Shown here: piece after piece, positions 40,589 through 54,600 of the stretch
How the letters are laid out: each line of letters starts with the position of its first letter
How positions within the stretch are numbered: the stretch's first letter is position 1
Assembly (NCBI RefSeq): GCF_009834535.1
Contig: NC_045696.1
Span: 101,434,001-101,498,000, forward strand
From: Camelus ferus
Lineage: Eukaryota
Direction: 5' to 3'
DNA: 64,000 nt
Notes under the pieces: model-generated
What the model was told of the DNA's origin: nothing
The model's input: the letters and a program-made list of their open reading frames with translations, nothing else
The model's database searches: none
Translations under genes and position numbers: made by a program

Positions 40589-42022
40589 TTTTTTTTTATT
40601 GAAATATAGTTGGTTTATAGTGTGTTCATTTCTGGTGTATAGCTTAGTGATTCAGTTTTACATATGCATATATTCCTTTTCATATTCTTTTTCATTACAG
40701 GCTATTACAAGATATGAGTATAGTTCCCTGTGCTATACAGTAGGACCTTGTTGTCTATCTATTTTATATATAGTTGTTAGTATCTGCAAATCCCGAACTC
40801 CCAATTTATCCCTCCCCCAACCTTTCCCCGCTGGTAACCATTAGTTTGTTTACTATGTCTGTGAGTCTCTTTCTGTTTTGTAAATAAGTTATTTGTGTCA
40901 TTTTTTAAAATATTCCACAATTAAGTGCTATCATATGGTATTTTTTCTTCCTTGTTCTGGCTTACTTCACTTAGTATGACAATCTCCAGGTTCATCCATG
41001 TTGCTGCAAATGGCACTTTTTTATGGCTGAGTAGTATTTCATTTTCTAAATATAACACAACTTCTTTATCCAGTCATCTGTTGATGGACATTTAGGTTGC
41101 TTCCATGCCTTGGCTATTCTATATAGTGAACATTGAGGTGCAGGTGTCTTTTTGAATTAGAGTTTTTTCTAGATATATGCCCAGGAGAGGGATTACTGGA
41201 TCATATGGGAAGTCTATTTTTAGTTTTTTTTAAGGAATCCCTATACTGTTTTCCAATTTGGCTGCACCAAATTCCCACTAACAGTGTAGGAGGGTTCCCT
41301 TTTCTCCACACCCTCTCTAGCATTTATCGTTTGTGGATTTTTTAATCATGGCCATTCTAACTGGTGTAAAGTGATACCTCATTATAGTATTGATTTGCAT
41401 TTCTCTGATAATTAGCTATGCTGAACATTTTTTCATGTGCCTATTGGCCATGTGTATGTCTTCACTGGAGAAATGTTTGTTTAGGTCTTCTGCCCATTTT
41501 TGATAGGGCTGTTGGTTTTTTTTGTGTTATTGAGTTGTATGAGCTATTTATATATTCTGGAAATTAAGCCCTGGTCAGTCTCATTATTTGCAAATATTTT
41601 CTCCTATTCTGTAGGTGTTTTTTATTTTGTTTATAGTTTCTTTTGCTGTGCAAAAGCTTGTAAGTTTAATTAGATCCATTTGTTTATTTTACTTTTATTT
41701 TTATTGCTTGGGTAGATTGTCCTAGGAGAACATTGCTGAGAATTATGTTAGAGAATGTTTTGCTTATGTTTTTTTCTAGGAGGTTTATAGTGTCTTGTCT
41801 TATATTTAAGTCTTTAGGTCATTTTTTTTTTTTTGGTGTTTTTGAGTTTATTTTTGAGAATTTTTGTTGTTGTCATTTACTTTGTGATGTGAGGGAGTGT
41901 TCTAACTTCATTGATTTACATGTGGCTGTCCAGCTTTCCCAACACCACTTGCTGAAGAGGATATATTTTTTCTCCATTGTATATTCTTGCCTCCTTTGTC
42001 AAATTAATTGAGTGTAGGTGTG
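40589..42022 (-). mobile_element. Younger 5'-truncated L1 inserted into an older L1 3' end (approx. 40400-42370)
   Basis: Poly-T start, well-preserved L1 3' UTR and ORF2 text, TSD tctatagtt. Confidence 0.9.
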
Positions 42023-42679
42023 TCTATAGTTGTTTTTTTTAAACCTACTGTCCTTTTTATCCCCCTGGGATCCTATCCAAGACGCTACATTACATTCAGT
42101 CTTCATGTCTTTTTAGGCTCCTCTTGACTGTGACAGCTTTTCAGACTTTTCTTTGTTTTGATGACCTTGACAGTTTTGAAGAAGTACTAGTCAGATATTT
42201 TGCATAATGTTCTTCAACTAGGATTTGTCTGATTTTTTTTTTTCACAATCAGACAAGGGTTATGGACTTTGAGTAGGAAGATCCCAGGGGTCAAGTGCCA
42301 TTTCTATCACACAATGTCAAAGTTCCATCCTATCAATGTGACTTATCACTGTTAACCTTGATGACTTGGTTAAAGTCTCACATTAATTTTTTCCTTTTTT
42401 GATATTCTATTCTTGATTCTATCAATTAGTAGTGTTAATAATGGCAGTCAAAACTGATCAGTTAGCTTTGATCTATTCCTTGAAATCTTAAATGTAATTG
42501 ATTGTTTCTCAACTATTTGAAGTAACGCTCAAAAGAAATTTTTTTGAGCCAAATAAAATCCTTTAAATAATCAGGACACTTGGACAATTTATGATTGTCA
42601 GGATAATCCATACTGATTTTTTAAATTGCCATCCATATTGATTTTTTTTCTAATTATCTTTGTTTTTGTATACATACAC

Positions 42680-45600
42680 GTTTCCTCTCTATGAAAAGGA
42701 AAATGGGTAAAAACATACAACAAAATTTCCAGTTGCATTAAAGGAGTGATAAATTATCAGAGGACAAGATAAAGTTTTTAAGAAATAATAATAATCATGA
42801 GGTAGGAAAGAACTTCTTTAAAAAAGATCTAATTAAGAATCAATAAGTAAAGCAATTGTAAGTTTGGTTCTTTAAATGTTAAAAACTTCTGAACAACCAA
42901 AAAAATTGCTTTATTAAGAAAGTTAAAATTCAAATGACAGATTAGGAGAAAATATTTGCAGGATGTAAAATACTATAAAAATATTAATAATCAGGTTATT
43001 TTAAATTATTACTACAAATTAAACAGAAAAGGTAAAATCTCAATAGGAAAATGAAAAAAGGATAAATTCAAAGGCATCTAGCAGATGGCAAAACACAAAT
43101 GACTAATACATATATGTAAAAATGATTACTTGTAATATAAAAAAATGCAAATTAAACCAATAATGAGATACTATTTCCACCCTTTGGACTGGCAAATATT
43201 TAAATATCAAATAAAATGAAGTGAAGAAATGATTATTCCAAAACACCCCTTGTGAAAATATAAATAAATACAGCATTTTAACACAACAATTTAGCAATAT
43301 ATACTTACATTTTCAGTGAGCCTGCTCTTTAGCTTAGTAATTCCATGCCTTACTATCCAACCTCAACTGCATCTATGTATCACAATCTGTTTAGGAGTAT
43401 TATCGTAGGAGAATTATCTGTAACAACAGACAATACGAAACACCTTAAGTGACAATTAATTAATAAATACACCCATATTTTACAATGATAAGTAGCGGTA
43501 AAACAAAAGAATGAAATAGGACTATCTACCACTACAATAAATGAAAAAGGAGAGTTACAAAGTGATGCACAGAGTATATTCCCACTCATGCAGGGGACAT
43601 AAACACACACACACACACACACCCATTCTAAGGCATACTTATTTTAGTATAAGTCTTACACTAGATGGCAAATCAGAGTTTAACTGAAGGTTTTCTTTCT
43701 TAGTGGTTCATAAAATAATGGTGTTTTTTACATTTGATATCTTAGATGTCAGGAAATATAGTATGTATATCTGTATAAACACATACTATTTAAGCACAAC
43801 AGAAAGACCTGCATAGGTAAATAATTTTTATATTTATTACAGTAAAAAACTTTAAACATTTTGCTGTATCTATAAAAGATAAACTTTGAGGTTTCTTTAT
43901 TTTTTCATTATTTTGAGCTTTTATTTTGATCAATCCCTTCTTTCCTGTTACTGCACTTTTTGTTGTTCTTTTTGTCATTTTTTATGATCAGTTAGAAGTC
44001 CATTTTCTCACATTTTCCTGTGGGTTTTCTCATTTTTTGTGTACACTTAAGACTATAAATGCAAACAAAAACTTTGTTTCGTATATTTCGATTTGAAGTC
44101 TTCTCATTTACATTACTTTTTATATTGCTTGCTAGTTTAATTTTATTTCCTCTATGACTGAATATTATTTATGTCTTTGTTAAGTTTAAATTATGTAAGG
44201 TTTCCTCTGTTTTTGTTTTAAAAAGGGTCAATTTTTAATAATGCATTTTATCTCTTAATTGTGGTTATATATAGATAGATAAATTAGATTACATATTAGA
44301 TATATGTAACATCCTTTATTTGGAGTATATAAACATGTTTGCATTTTAACTTATATAATATTACATATGTATATATTTATAATTAAATGTGTTGAATATA
44401 TTATTTAGTTGCTGTATGTTTTAATCTATTTTTTGCTTTTGACATCAGCCTAATCCTGAAAGATATATAATTAATTTAATTTAATTTTTTAAGTCTTGCA
44501 TTACTAACAGTTTTTGCTTTGACTCAATTGAGCTGCTATGTAGTTTCATGAACAGAAATTTTTTTATTGTAATATTTTCTTTTAATTTGGACATTTCATT
44601 AAATTCTACTCCTCAGTATTGTCGTTGCCACTAACCTAAAGTTCCATCTTTTGTGGTAATAATATTGCTACTTCCTTTTTGTGCCTTGGCCTGGTCTCTC
44701 TTTGACCAGATCTTCATTTTCAATCTCTTTCAACATGTCATTTGAAGAATGCTTCCTATAAATTGCAAGTAGCTATGAGGTTTTACCCTAACATTATTGT
44801 TCCTGTCTTCTAAACAAATCATTCAGCATGTTCACATTTAGTGTAAGCATTGAAATATTTGATTTTACCATCTTCATCCTATTTAATTTATGCAATTCAT
44901 TTTACTTTATTATTTCATTTTTTTCCTTTTCTTTGTAGATACTTATAATGTTTTACCCCTTGTTCATTTGGATGTTCTTCATGTGTAGTTATCTTTCTTT
45001 TCCCCAAATTCATGTATTTCCACCATCGGAAGGCTATTTCCTTGCCACTCAGACTACTGCCAATAAAATGAAATCCATAGAATGCATGTTCCCCACCCTC
45101 CTTCCTGTCCCAGCTTTTGCTGATAACTGAGGACTTCAGTTTCAGTTTTTCCCCTTGCAGTATCTCTCTTCTGTTTCAAGCTTTATTTATCTCAACTTCC
45201 ACATGCACAGTCACTTTATCATTTTCCACTTAGAATTAACTATACAGATTGCAAGATTCATTGCTCACCACCGTTTCCTTTCCACTTCATCTTCTGCTAT
45301 CAGAGGTCCATGTCTTGATTCATTTGTCTTGTAGAGTCTTTTCTCTAGTACTGTACATACAGGTGGTGCTTGGTGATCTATTTTCAGAACTCTTGCATAG
45401 CTTCAAATATCTTTCTTTTCACTGTGATGGATAAAAAATATCTTGGAAGGATATAGAAGATTTACGTTGCAATTTTTTTTCTCTCAGCGGTCTACGTGCT
45501 ACCACAATCTAGAGGATAAGCCCAAAGCCAGCAATCACAATTTTGTGAATCTCTCTTATAGAAATAAAAGCAACAAAACATGAAGAACAGAATATGTATT

Positions 45601-45960
45601 AGAATGTTTATTGTGGAATTGTTTATGGAGGCAGGGAAGAAGCTGGGAGCAAAAACTATACAGAATAATAGAGGCTTTGGTGAAAAATTATATTATATTT
45701 ATACTATAAAATATTATCCAGAATTTTAAAAATAAAAAAATGAGGCTCCACTGGCTCACTTGGAAAGATTTTAAATATGCATGTGTTAACTTTCAAAAGC
45801 TAAAGAAAGAAGTAGCACAACTTTATTTTTTATAATGACAAAAATGTCTGCATATGACTGTGTGTTTTGAGATTAAATGTTTAAATAAATATACAGAGGA
45901 GTATGGAAGAATATATACTAGATTATTCATATTGTTTAGGTGGCATGAGGAGAATTTTGA
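42680..45960. mobile_element. Mosaic of very old L1 fragments in both orientations, with a MER104-like Tc2 end near 43640-43762
   Basis: aaatgcaaattaaacc; ggagaaaatatttgca; taaaataatggtg...cttagatgtcaggaaata. Confidence 0.6.
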
Positions 45961-47032
45961 ATAAGAAAAGGAAGGATTTACTACATAAATAAAATAAAAT
46001 AAGCAAAAGTGAGATGATAAAAGCAGTTATTTCTGAGATGATCATGTATGTGTAAATTTCCAGGTATATGTGTATGTATCAGCAGGTAGATGTCTGCAAG
46101 TTTGCACATAAATTTGACAGAAAAGTCACCAAAATGTTCTGTTGGTTGGGATTTCAGGTAACCATTACTCTCTTCCTAATGGTATATCCTGTTAGGTATA
46201 TACAATGAGCATTATGCATATAAAATAACTAGTATAGTTTAGCTGATTTCATCTTTGTTAAAAATGAAAGAAAAATCACATCAAATTACAAAAACATCTT
46301 TACATGTATGTTCATTATTATATTTAAATTATATGAAAGTAACACCTGAGCTCATAAAGTATAAAACTGAATTTACATAATGGTCCATCTATCAAGAATA
46401 TGGTTCTAATGAACAATTTGGAGACTAGAGCGAATAGTCTACATAGTGTCACATTCACAAAGTTAGATATTCATCTTTGAGGTTTTATGAATCTATCCAT
46501 TTTCTAAATATTTCTAATAATAGTTATATTTCACTCCAGCAGAAATATTTATCAAAATGTTTTTATAAGCATATTTCTTTGTTTTAAACATATTTCCTTT
46601 TAAATATTCTAAAATTACAGCTCTTTCAAATATCCCAGCTAAACTCTCCATAAAGCAGGCTAGAATTCTGTCATTAATATAAATTCAAACAGACTATTAA
46701 TATTCATGGTTTGTATGTCTTTCTTTTCATTTTCCAGAATCCTGGCTCTTTGCATTCTATAGCTATAAATCTAGCTCCTGCAGGCTGTTCTTGGGTGGCA
46801 ATATTCTACAATAGTCAGACTGGAGATTGGAGAACAGGAAGGCACTCAGTCTCTCTGGGTTGGAGTAAACAAGAAAAACGGAATAGGATGTGAAGCAGAG
46901 AAGTAACAGAAAATCGAATCACAGAGGTACTTCTAGTTTTCAAGACTTTGGTTTTTGCTTGAATGCAATGAGGAGCCGTCATGGTGTTCTTCATGGAAGA
47001 GTGACATGATCTGACATAGAGTTTACTTTCAA

Positions 47033-47158
47033 TTTTTTTTACGGGGGAGGTAATTAGGTTTATTTACTTATTTATTTTTAGTGGAGGTACTGGGAATTGA
47101 ACCTGGGGCCTCATGCATGCTAAGCATGTGCTCTATCACTGAGCTATACCCTCCCCCC
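47033..47158 (-). mobile_element. Second Vic-1-like SINE, inserted in an L2 (approx. 46880-47510)
   Basis: Reverse complement reads gggagggtatagctcagtgatagagcacatgcttagcatgcatgagg...aataaacctaattacctccc. Confidence 0.85.
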
Positions 47159-47945
47159 AAGTGTGAAGACTCACTACTGTGTGGAGTAGGAACTGTAGGA
47201 GGCAAAGACAGAAGCAGAGAGACTCTGGGGCTCTGGCAATAACCCAGGTGGGAGGTGACGGTGGCTCACATCAGTGCAGGAGCAGAGGAGAGAGCAAGAA
47301 GTGGTTGGGTCCTGGATATAGTCTGAAGGGAGAGCTAAAAGAGATTCCTGACTGAGACGTGAGACAATGAAAGGAGCCGTAGATAAATCCAAGGTTTATG
47401 GCTTGAGCCACGGAGATGGGAAAACTATGGAAAAGCAAGTTTGTGGTGGGGAGTGGAGAATCTGGCTTTTAGCCTGACATGTTGTGTATGAGACTTTTGA
47501 AGTTCATGCACAAGTGTTTTTACTAACTGCAAGACTTCTTAGACACACTTATCCGTTAATGCTAGGTTGGAATCTAGCTTATACCTTGGAAATCACCTGG
47601 AAAAATTATTTTCTAGGCAAATTTCACAGTGGCCACTTGATAGTTACTTTCTATTGCTCTTCTGTGGTATCCGCTACTTAACCACAATATACATTTATAT
47701 ACCCTCTAGTGTCATGACAGAGCTAGAAAATACTTCATTCTTTCAACATTTTTCTAATTTTTCTAGTTTTTCACAGTTGCCTGCAGCAAAAGTCTCACTT
47801 TTGTTACGATTAGGCAATACAGTATATAGTTCATCATATCTTCAAATTATATCAATTTGGTCATGTCACTTAGACAAGTTCTAACTCATCAAACTTTCCA
47901 TCAATATCTCATCTCTTGCTTTATTAAAAGAGTGGCTACCATGAC

Positions 47946-48093
47946 CTGCTCTTCGCTGAAAGCTTTTCCTCTACATATAATTTCTAATATTTTTCCTTTG
48001 AAATGTTTTCAGGTTATTTCAAAGAAGATGCAGTCAGATTCTTGCTGGGGGAAAATCAGCATTTTCTGAACAATCCCAGAAACAATAACATAC
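47946..48093 (-). pseudogene. Pseudo-exon (148 nt): YVIVSGIVQKMLIFPQQESDCIFFEIT*KHFKGKILEIICRGKAFSEEQ
   Basis: ccttattttcag| acceptor, weak CAG|gtcatg donor; one TGA in 49 codons; beta-strand-rich pattern. Confidence 0.5.
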
Positions 48094-48489
48094 CTGAAAA
48101 TAAGGTAGACACTTCCCTTATCCAAAGTGAGTGTGGTGGTTGTGAGAATGACAATTCTGAAGGCTACAGGCAGTGAGGACTTAGGCTCCCTGGAGGCTCC
48201 AATTAATCAAGGGCAGTTCTGATGCTGTGCTTGACAAAGAGAGATGATTGAGTCTCTTCACAAGACCCCATAAATTTCAAGGGTAACCACTTCCAGTCAA
48301 CCCTAAACTTATCGGCATTGAATGACTGACAAGAACAGTGAAAACTCTTCAAACCAAACCAAAGATGATTCCTTTGGATCATGAGAAACTGAGTATTATT
48401 TTCTAATTGACTGTGGCTCAAGATATATTCACTATAGCGTTGCTATTCTCAGCAATGAAAGGAATAGTAACAGTGTTATTACTTTATAT

Positions 48490-48900
48490 TGATAGCTACC
48501 ATTTATTGAGCATGCATTAACTGAGAGAAACTGTAATAAATGTTTTATTTTTATTTCATTTAATCCTAGCACTACTCCATGGGGCAGCAGTTTGATTCCC
48601 ACATTTTAGAAATGAATAAATGAGGCTAAGAGAAGAAAGTAATGGTAGATCTGGGACAGAAGGCAGGTCCATTTGATTCTAAACCCAGTGTACTTAAGCC
48701 CCATGCAATGCTTGCCACTGTTGATTGAGCTGACGCTGATGATACATAATCCTTGGAAGACAGATAACTATCACTCACACATTACAAATCTGAAAACTTG
48801 GTTTTGGCAAAGGTTAACAATTGAGATAGCAAGCTGCAGAACTAGGATTCAAACACAGAATGGTCTGACTCCAGTATTTGTGTTCTTTTCACTATGTTGT
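48490..48900 (-). mobile_element. Two MIR fragments
   Basis: atagctaccatttattgagc; attttagaaatgaataaatgaggct. Confidence 0.7.
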
Positions 48901-50247
48901 GCTGCTAAGGAGAGGCAGACCCTCCAAGATTTTAAGAGTTAATCTTATAAAATAAGCTCATAAGAGGTGTAATAAAATTGTAGCAAAAACCATTTTAGGA
49001 AGCAGAGTGGCTCCCAGTTCACAAGCTGGCTACCATGCAGAGTGTTAGTGGTATTGATACATCAAACTCAACTATAAAGCTCCCACGGCAGCCAAGTCCT
49101 AATGATGGCAGCAGATGCATTGGGTTATGATACGCTGGCACTTTTAATCATGCAACAAGCTCTTCTTGCTCTGACTCATTGCTTACCAAGCAATATTCTA
49201 ATTTTAATTTGGTTTCCCATGTGGCTTTCCTATGACAACACTCATTCCTCTGGTCTCTGTGACAATCGTATGCCTCATTTTAATTTAACTACTAGGCAAC
49301 CTGGTACACTGATCAGTTTTCTTGTGAGTTTGTTAACATAAATCTGGAGTCAATTACTGATTAACCAGCATCAGGAGATGCTCTAGTGATCTGATCCTGA
49401 ACTACACGGACTTCACCAGGGTAAAGCCATCATGAGAATCACTCTAAAGAGCCCCTCCCCCACCCCCCTGAAGCACACTGCTTGTGAATCTATTACCTCG
49501 ATATGATCCTAAAACCACAGCAAACACAAATTAGTAACCTGTTATTGATTGCTGTGGATGTACAGACACGAGTGAGTATATTTCTTTTTTAATTTCTCTA
49601 ACTGAAATTTGTTTCAGTGTTCTAACACCAGTAAATAAATGTTATATTTGGATTCCCAGACATAAGTTTCATTTTTGTTATTCAGATATAAATATTTATA
49701 ACGAATGTCTAATAAAATTCATAAGTCATTGCTGTTCTTTATATTAGTTTATTGAGTTAGGTATATTCCCCCATATCACGGTACATGTTTTCTGCTTGGT
49801 GATTCGCTATGGCATATATTACTATTTTTTTCTTATTTAGTTGTGAAAATTGAGGGAGAATAAGCATTCTCTTTGGCTACTATGGCCTTCCTCGCAATAA
49901 TGCACAACTACATATGTATTTTTTTCAGGTAGGTTAGATTCTAGTACAAGGCAATCCATTTCATCAGGATTGGGTTAATAAGAAATGCAAAAATCCATGC
50001 CCACTTGTTTCAAACTGTCAAATATAAAATGATAAACTTTAATCAAGAGAAATATCATTCAGTAACATTATTAGGCAAAATGATTTCACTCTGCACCTGC
50101 TGGTGCTTCCTTTATAAACCAGGCCAGTGTTAATTTGATGCTTCACTAAATATTTTGAATAAACTGAAATATTTGCCAACCTCATCTTTCAGAAGCTAAT
50201 TTATTAATACACTAAATAGTTTTCCCACTAACTAAAGGCATACTTAC

Positions 50248-50272
50248 AGAAAGATGACATTCAATCTGCAAC
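50248..50272 (-). pseudogene. Pseudo-microexon (25 nt): CRLNVIF
   Basis: gtgttttcag| acceptor, |gtaagt donor; phase 1->2 links the 51.6 kb and 48.0 kb segments in frame. Confidence 0.5.
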
Positions 50273-51601
50273 CTGAAAACACCAATTAATTAGAATATAT
50301 CTAAGAGTACCATATACTTTCCCAGGTTTGTTTTCTTATTTTCCTAAGTTCTTATTAGAAATAAGATCCTACATATTAGTAGGAAATAGAGCATCAAGTT
50401 TCATACTATCCAATGAAGCCATTAGATTTCTGAAATACTGAATGAAATTCTTTAATATGTTCAAGAAAAATATGCTTTTTAGATGATTGAAACTATGCTG
50501 AATACTATATACCAAGTCACCCTATATCACTATAACAGGTGAAGTTTTATCTAGATAAAAATGAGCAAAGACAAAGATTTGGTATAAGAAAACTTGAAGA
50601 AAAGAAAAAGCACAATTATCTAAAATCTCTAACCTTCCTCCATTCCTTAGGGTTTAAAATTGGCATATATCATGGAAAACAATGGAAAAGAAAAAAATGA
50701 CAAGAAATGAAATAAACAGTAAATTGTAAAGCAGAAAAATGTCAAAGTTTTCTCTCTTGGTCAATACAAGCACTCCTAACCACTCAAGTCTGAACTGAAC
50801 TCTTAGACATTAGGCATTCATGGAGATTTGTGTATAGCAGAGTTCCATGTCATTAAATCCAAATGCCTTTTCATTTTGTAAAGGTTAATACTTTGGGGGA
50901 AAAAAGTCTTTCTGTTCCTCCAGGACTTGAGAATGTTTGCTATGACAGTGTCAAAATGTTGCTTGAGGATAATACTTGGTGGGTGAAGTTTTTTTTTTTT
51001 TTTTTCTCCTCTAGGTATAAAGAAAGTCACAATATCGGGCATATCAATTCTTACAGCCTTCTTAGGAATCAGTGTATGAAGTGGTACATTCAGCCTCTAA
51101 CACAAAAACCAAATTACTCACCAGACAAAGCATGGTTTTGAAAGAGCACAGACAATTTCTCTCACCATTTCTCAGAGCTTTCACATTATGGACTGTAAAT
51201 TAACTTCCTAAAGAAATGCTTCTCGTACCTCAGCATCCTCTGAAGACACTGCAGTTTGCCAGTGCCTTCCTTACATAGAGCCCTGCCATCTGACCCAGGG
51301 CTCCAATGATCTGATCAGCCCAGGGTACAGTGACTGTTGTGCTTGTTCTATGAACGCAGTTCAAAACATGTGTGCTTTTGACAACCCTGTCATGTTCCTG
51401 ACCACTGTGACCTTATGGTCAGGTCAGCTTCCCAGGTGTCATTAGCATGAATCACTGCTAAGCCAGTAAAATCCCCTTTGATCTACTTCAGGGAAGTAAA
51501 GAAACAAATAAAATGGTGAACTGTCCATTGACCATCAGTGTTATCAGTGCTTTAAAAATCAAACCACCCTGAGTCATCAAAGGGGAGAAGGCAGTACTTA
51601 C

Positions 51602-51676
51602 CCCAGAACTGTGAATTCCCAGGATAGTCATTACATGCAAAGGTGCTCTGCAGCTGCAGTTTCACGAGGTTTAGGC
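51602..51676 (-). pseudogene. Pseudo-exon candidate (75 nt): LNLVKLQLQSTFACNDYPGNSQFW
   Basis: ttattggcactcag| acceptor, GGG|gtaagt donor; open frame, phase 1->1. Confidence 0.45.
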
Positions 51677-54600
51677 CTGAGTGCCAATAATAAAATTAAC
51701 CGTGATGGCTACAGTAAGCTGCTTTCAGAGATGAAAGACCTTCCAAAAGGAAGTTCCTGCTATGGTTTGCACGGTCGACTACTGCTTAGCACATAAATAC
51801 ACAGAACACACAAAACCCAGGATCTTTTATTCTTTCTGCTTCTGTTCAAGAAAATGGGTGAAGGAAAAAGAAAAGAAGGCAGACCTGGTATGTTTCAGTG
51901 AGACAAAAAGAAAGACATGCTTTGCGTGTTACCATATTAAATTTTTAAACTTAATCATTTAAAAATAATTATGTCATTTTTATGCCTTGGAAGTGGCTTG
52001 ATTATCTGTGTGAACGGAAAAGCGGCAAACATAAAAATTCCAAGCACTGGACAGTGACTGGTAATTTGCATCCAATATTCACACATTTATTCCATTCTCA
52101 AGCCCAGGTCCTCTTCTGCTTTGTTCACAAAAGTTGGGCAGTTTAAAGCTTAAGAAAAAATTTTAAGGACAAAAGTTAATTTAAGTAAAGCAATTCAGAT
52201 ATATATTCTCTTTTATCGAACCATCAAATCCAAGCTAATATTGGTGATTTTCTGATGAAAATCTGAAATTTGGTTATTTTTTTTCTTTATTTAAAATGTA
52301 TTTCTTCCTTCAAAGAAGATAAAAATCACAGTTTTAGTTCAGCAAGTAAGGATATATATTGCTTTGGAATGAAAGGTAATACATAACATGTGTGCCAAGC
52401 TTAAAGAGCCTTCAGTAGCCTACAACTATAAACCTGGGGAAAAGAAAGTTACAAGCTCTGTTATTTCCAAAGTTCTCGAGTTTTAGGAATCAAGAAAATG
52501 GGCCAAAATTTTTTTTTTTATAATTAAAATCAACTGAGAATAACAGTGACAGATTTAGGAAGCAAATCAAGATCTCTCTACCTGTGAAATTCAGCACAGC
52601 AAAAATCATTTGGTCTATAATTTTCTATCTAATGCTTCCTATGCAACACCTGGTACAAACCCATTCTTATTAAGTGTATTGGCAGCCTCTTATTTATAAG
52701 CAAGAGATGATCCAAAAGTCCATTTATCCCTTAGAAACAATGCTACAAATGGTTAGGTTTCTTGGCAATCACACAAAATGTGTTTAAGCAAGTAGCTGAA
52801 TTATTGCAGCTTTCCAATTTTAAAATAGATTCACATACATTCGCAATAATAAAACTAAATGAAACCAAAATACAAATGTTTAATAGTAATTTTTAAAATG
52901 TACCTTCAATTCCACTGTGAGCAGAGAAGTTTAACAAAAAGAGGAGGAGATAAAATAGGACATCCCTGGAGAGTCTGAAGTGCCATCCAGTGACTTTCAA
53001 AGGTGTTGGAGATGGTGGCACTGGGTTTTATTATATATAACATTGCTTCACATATTAGGATATTCTAGTCCACCTCCAAGACTATTACTGCATTCTAAAT
53101 ATCATTGGGGCATTGTATTTTGGGTAGCTTTTTTTTTTTTTTTTTTTTGGTGGAATTGGGGATAAGGTGTGTTCAGTATGTCTCAGCTAACAAATTGAGG
53201 TACATAAAGGGAAAGAAACCCGAGAAGAAAAATAGAAAACAATAGTAAAATAAAAAAACAGTTATTTGGAAGGTCCTGGGAAAAAGGAGAGGGGAAAAAG
53301 AAAAGAGCAAGCTGAATGACCACAGACAAATGTAACTGGTTCCTAAGGAGAGCTGCGTGTCCAGCCATTACGAGTTGACCCATTTTCTTCCCATTAACGC
53401 CATGTTGTCAACTTAGGTTTCTGAAATGCCATTCCAAACTCAGCCAATGGAACAAAAATAGAAACAAATGTTTGTTTTATAGACATGCTATATATTCACC
53501 TGACACACTAGAAAAGCTATGTTACAATTTTTTTTAGTATGAACTAGACTAGCTGAGGCTTCTTCATACGTTATTTAACAAGTACATACTGAGAACCTGC
53601 TACATGTTGGGTACTGTTCCAGGCACTTGGGATACATTAGTGAATAAAAATGACATCTCTTCAAGGTGACCCTCTTCTCTTGATTCCATGCCCTTCCCGC
53701 TCATCACTCAGCTCCTATAAAGAAGGTCTGCACATCCCTCTGTAACCAGCAGTACACTTTTCCTTCCGTGAGAATGTAATTTTGCAGGGAACTGGCTTTC
53801 CCCAAAGCCCTGCTTCATCAGCTTGAAATATAAATTGCAAATACTTGCCTTCCCTTTCAATGACCTAAACGAAATTTTCTGAAAAAGTCTTGGCTACCTC
53901 TATAGCCTTGCTTCAAGTTTTTCTTGAAATACTGCTGCGAGGCCAACAATTTCTCTTCTGGAAGTAATCACATCATTCCTTTATTGATTCAAGCACCTAT
54001 GCTAACATTCATCGTGTGGTTTAGACTTTAAACTTCTGGGGCATAAGTATTTTCTGACCAGGCATCCAGTCACAGATGTTTCCACCTCGTCGCTCAGCCA
54101 ATGCATTTTCATGACCCCATCGATTGAATTGACCGAGCATTTTCTTCAAATATTTTCCCCTGTTCTAAACAATTATACTTACACCCCAGTGAGAAAACTT
54201 GAACTTAGAGGTTAGTTCTCTCACCTTTATTCCAGCCTTCCTTTCTGAAGTAAGATTTTTCTTCACTTTTGAGGGGATTTGCCATCATATCTTTTTTTCT
54301 AAAACACAAAATAGAAGAAATTTATTTTAAAAATTGGAGAAAATATAGAACACACCAAGAGTGGGACAAAAGACCCACACGTGCTCTGAGTGCGATGGTA
54401 CACTCAGCCCGCCCACTCAGCGATGCCAGCCGCCTCCACCGTGTCCCTGGATCTGCGGAGACATCACATGGCGTGTGAACCCCCGTGCAGACTCAGTACC
54501 CTTGGCGTTCACGGCCTGTGCTGGGGGTCGGTGGGTAGGGGAGGGATATCCTTTTGTAGTTCACCCATAATTCGAGATCATATATATTTAAAATAAAACT

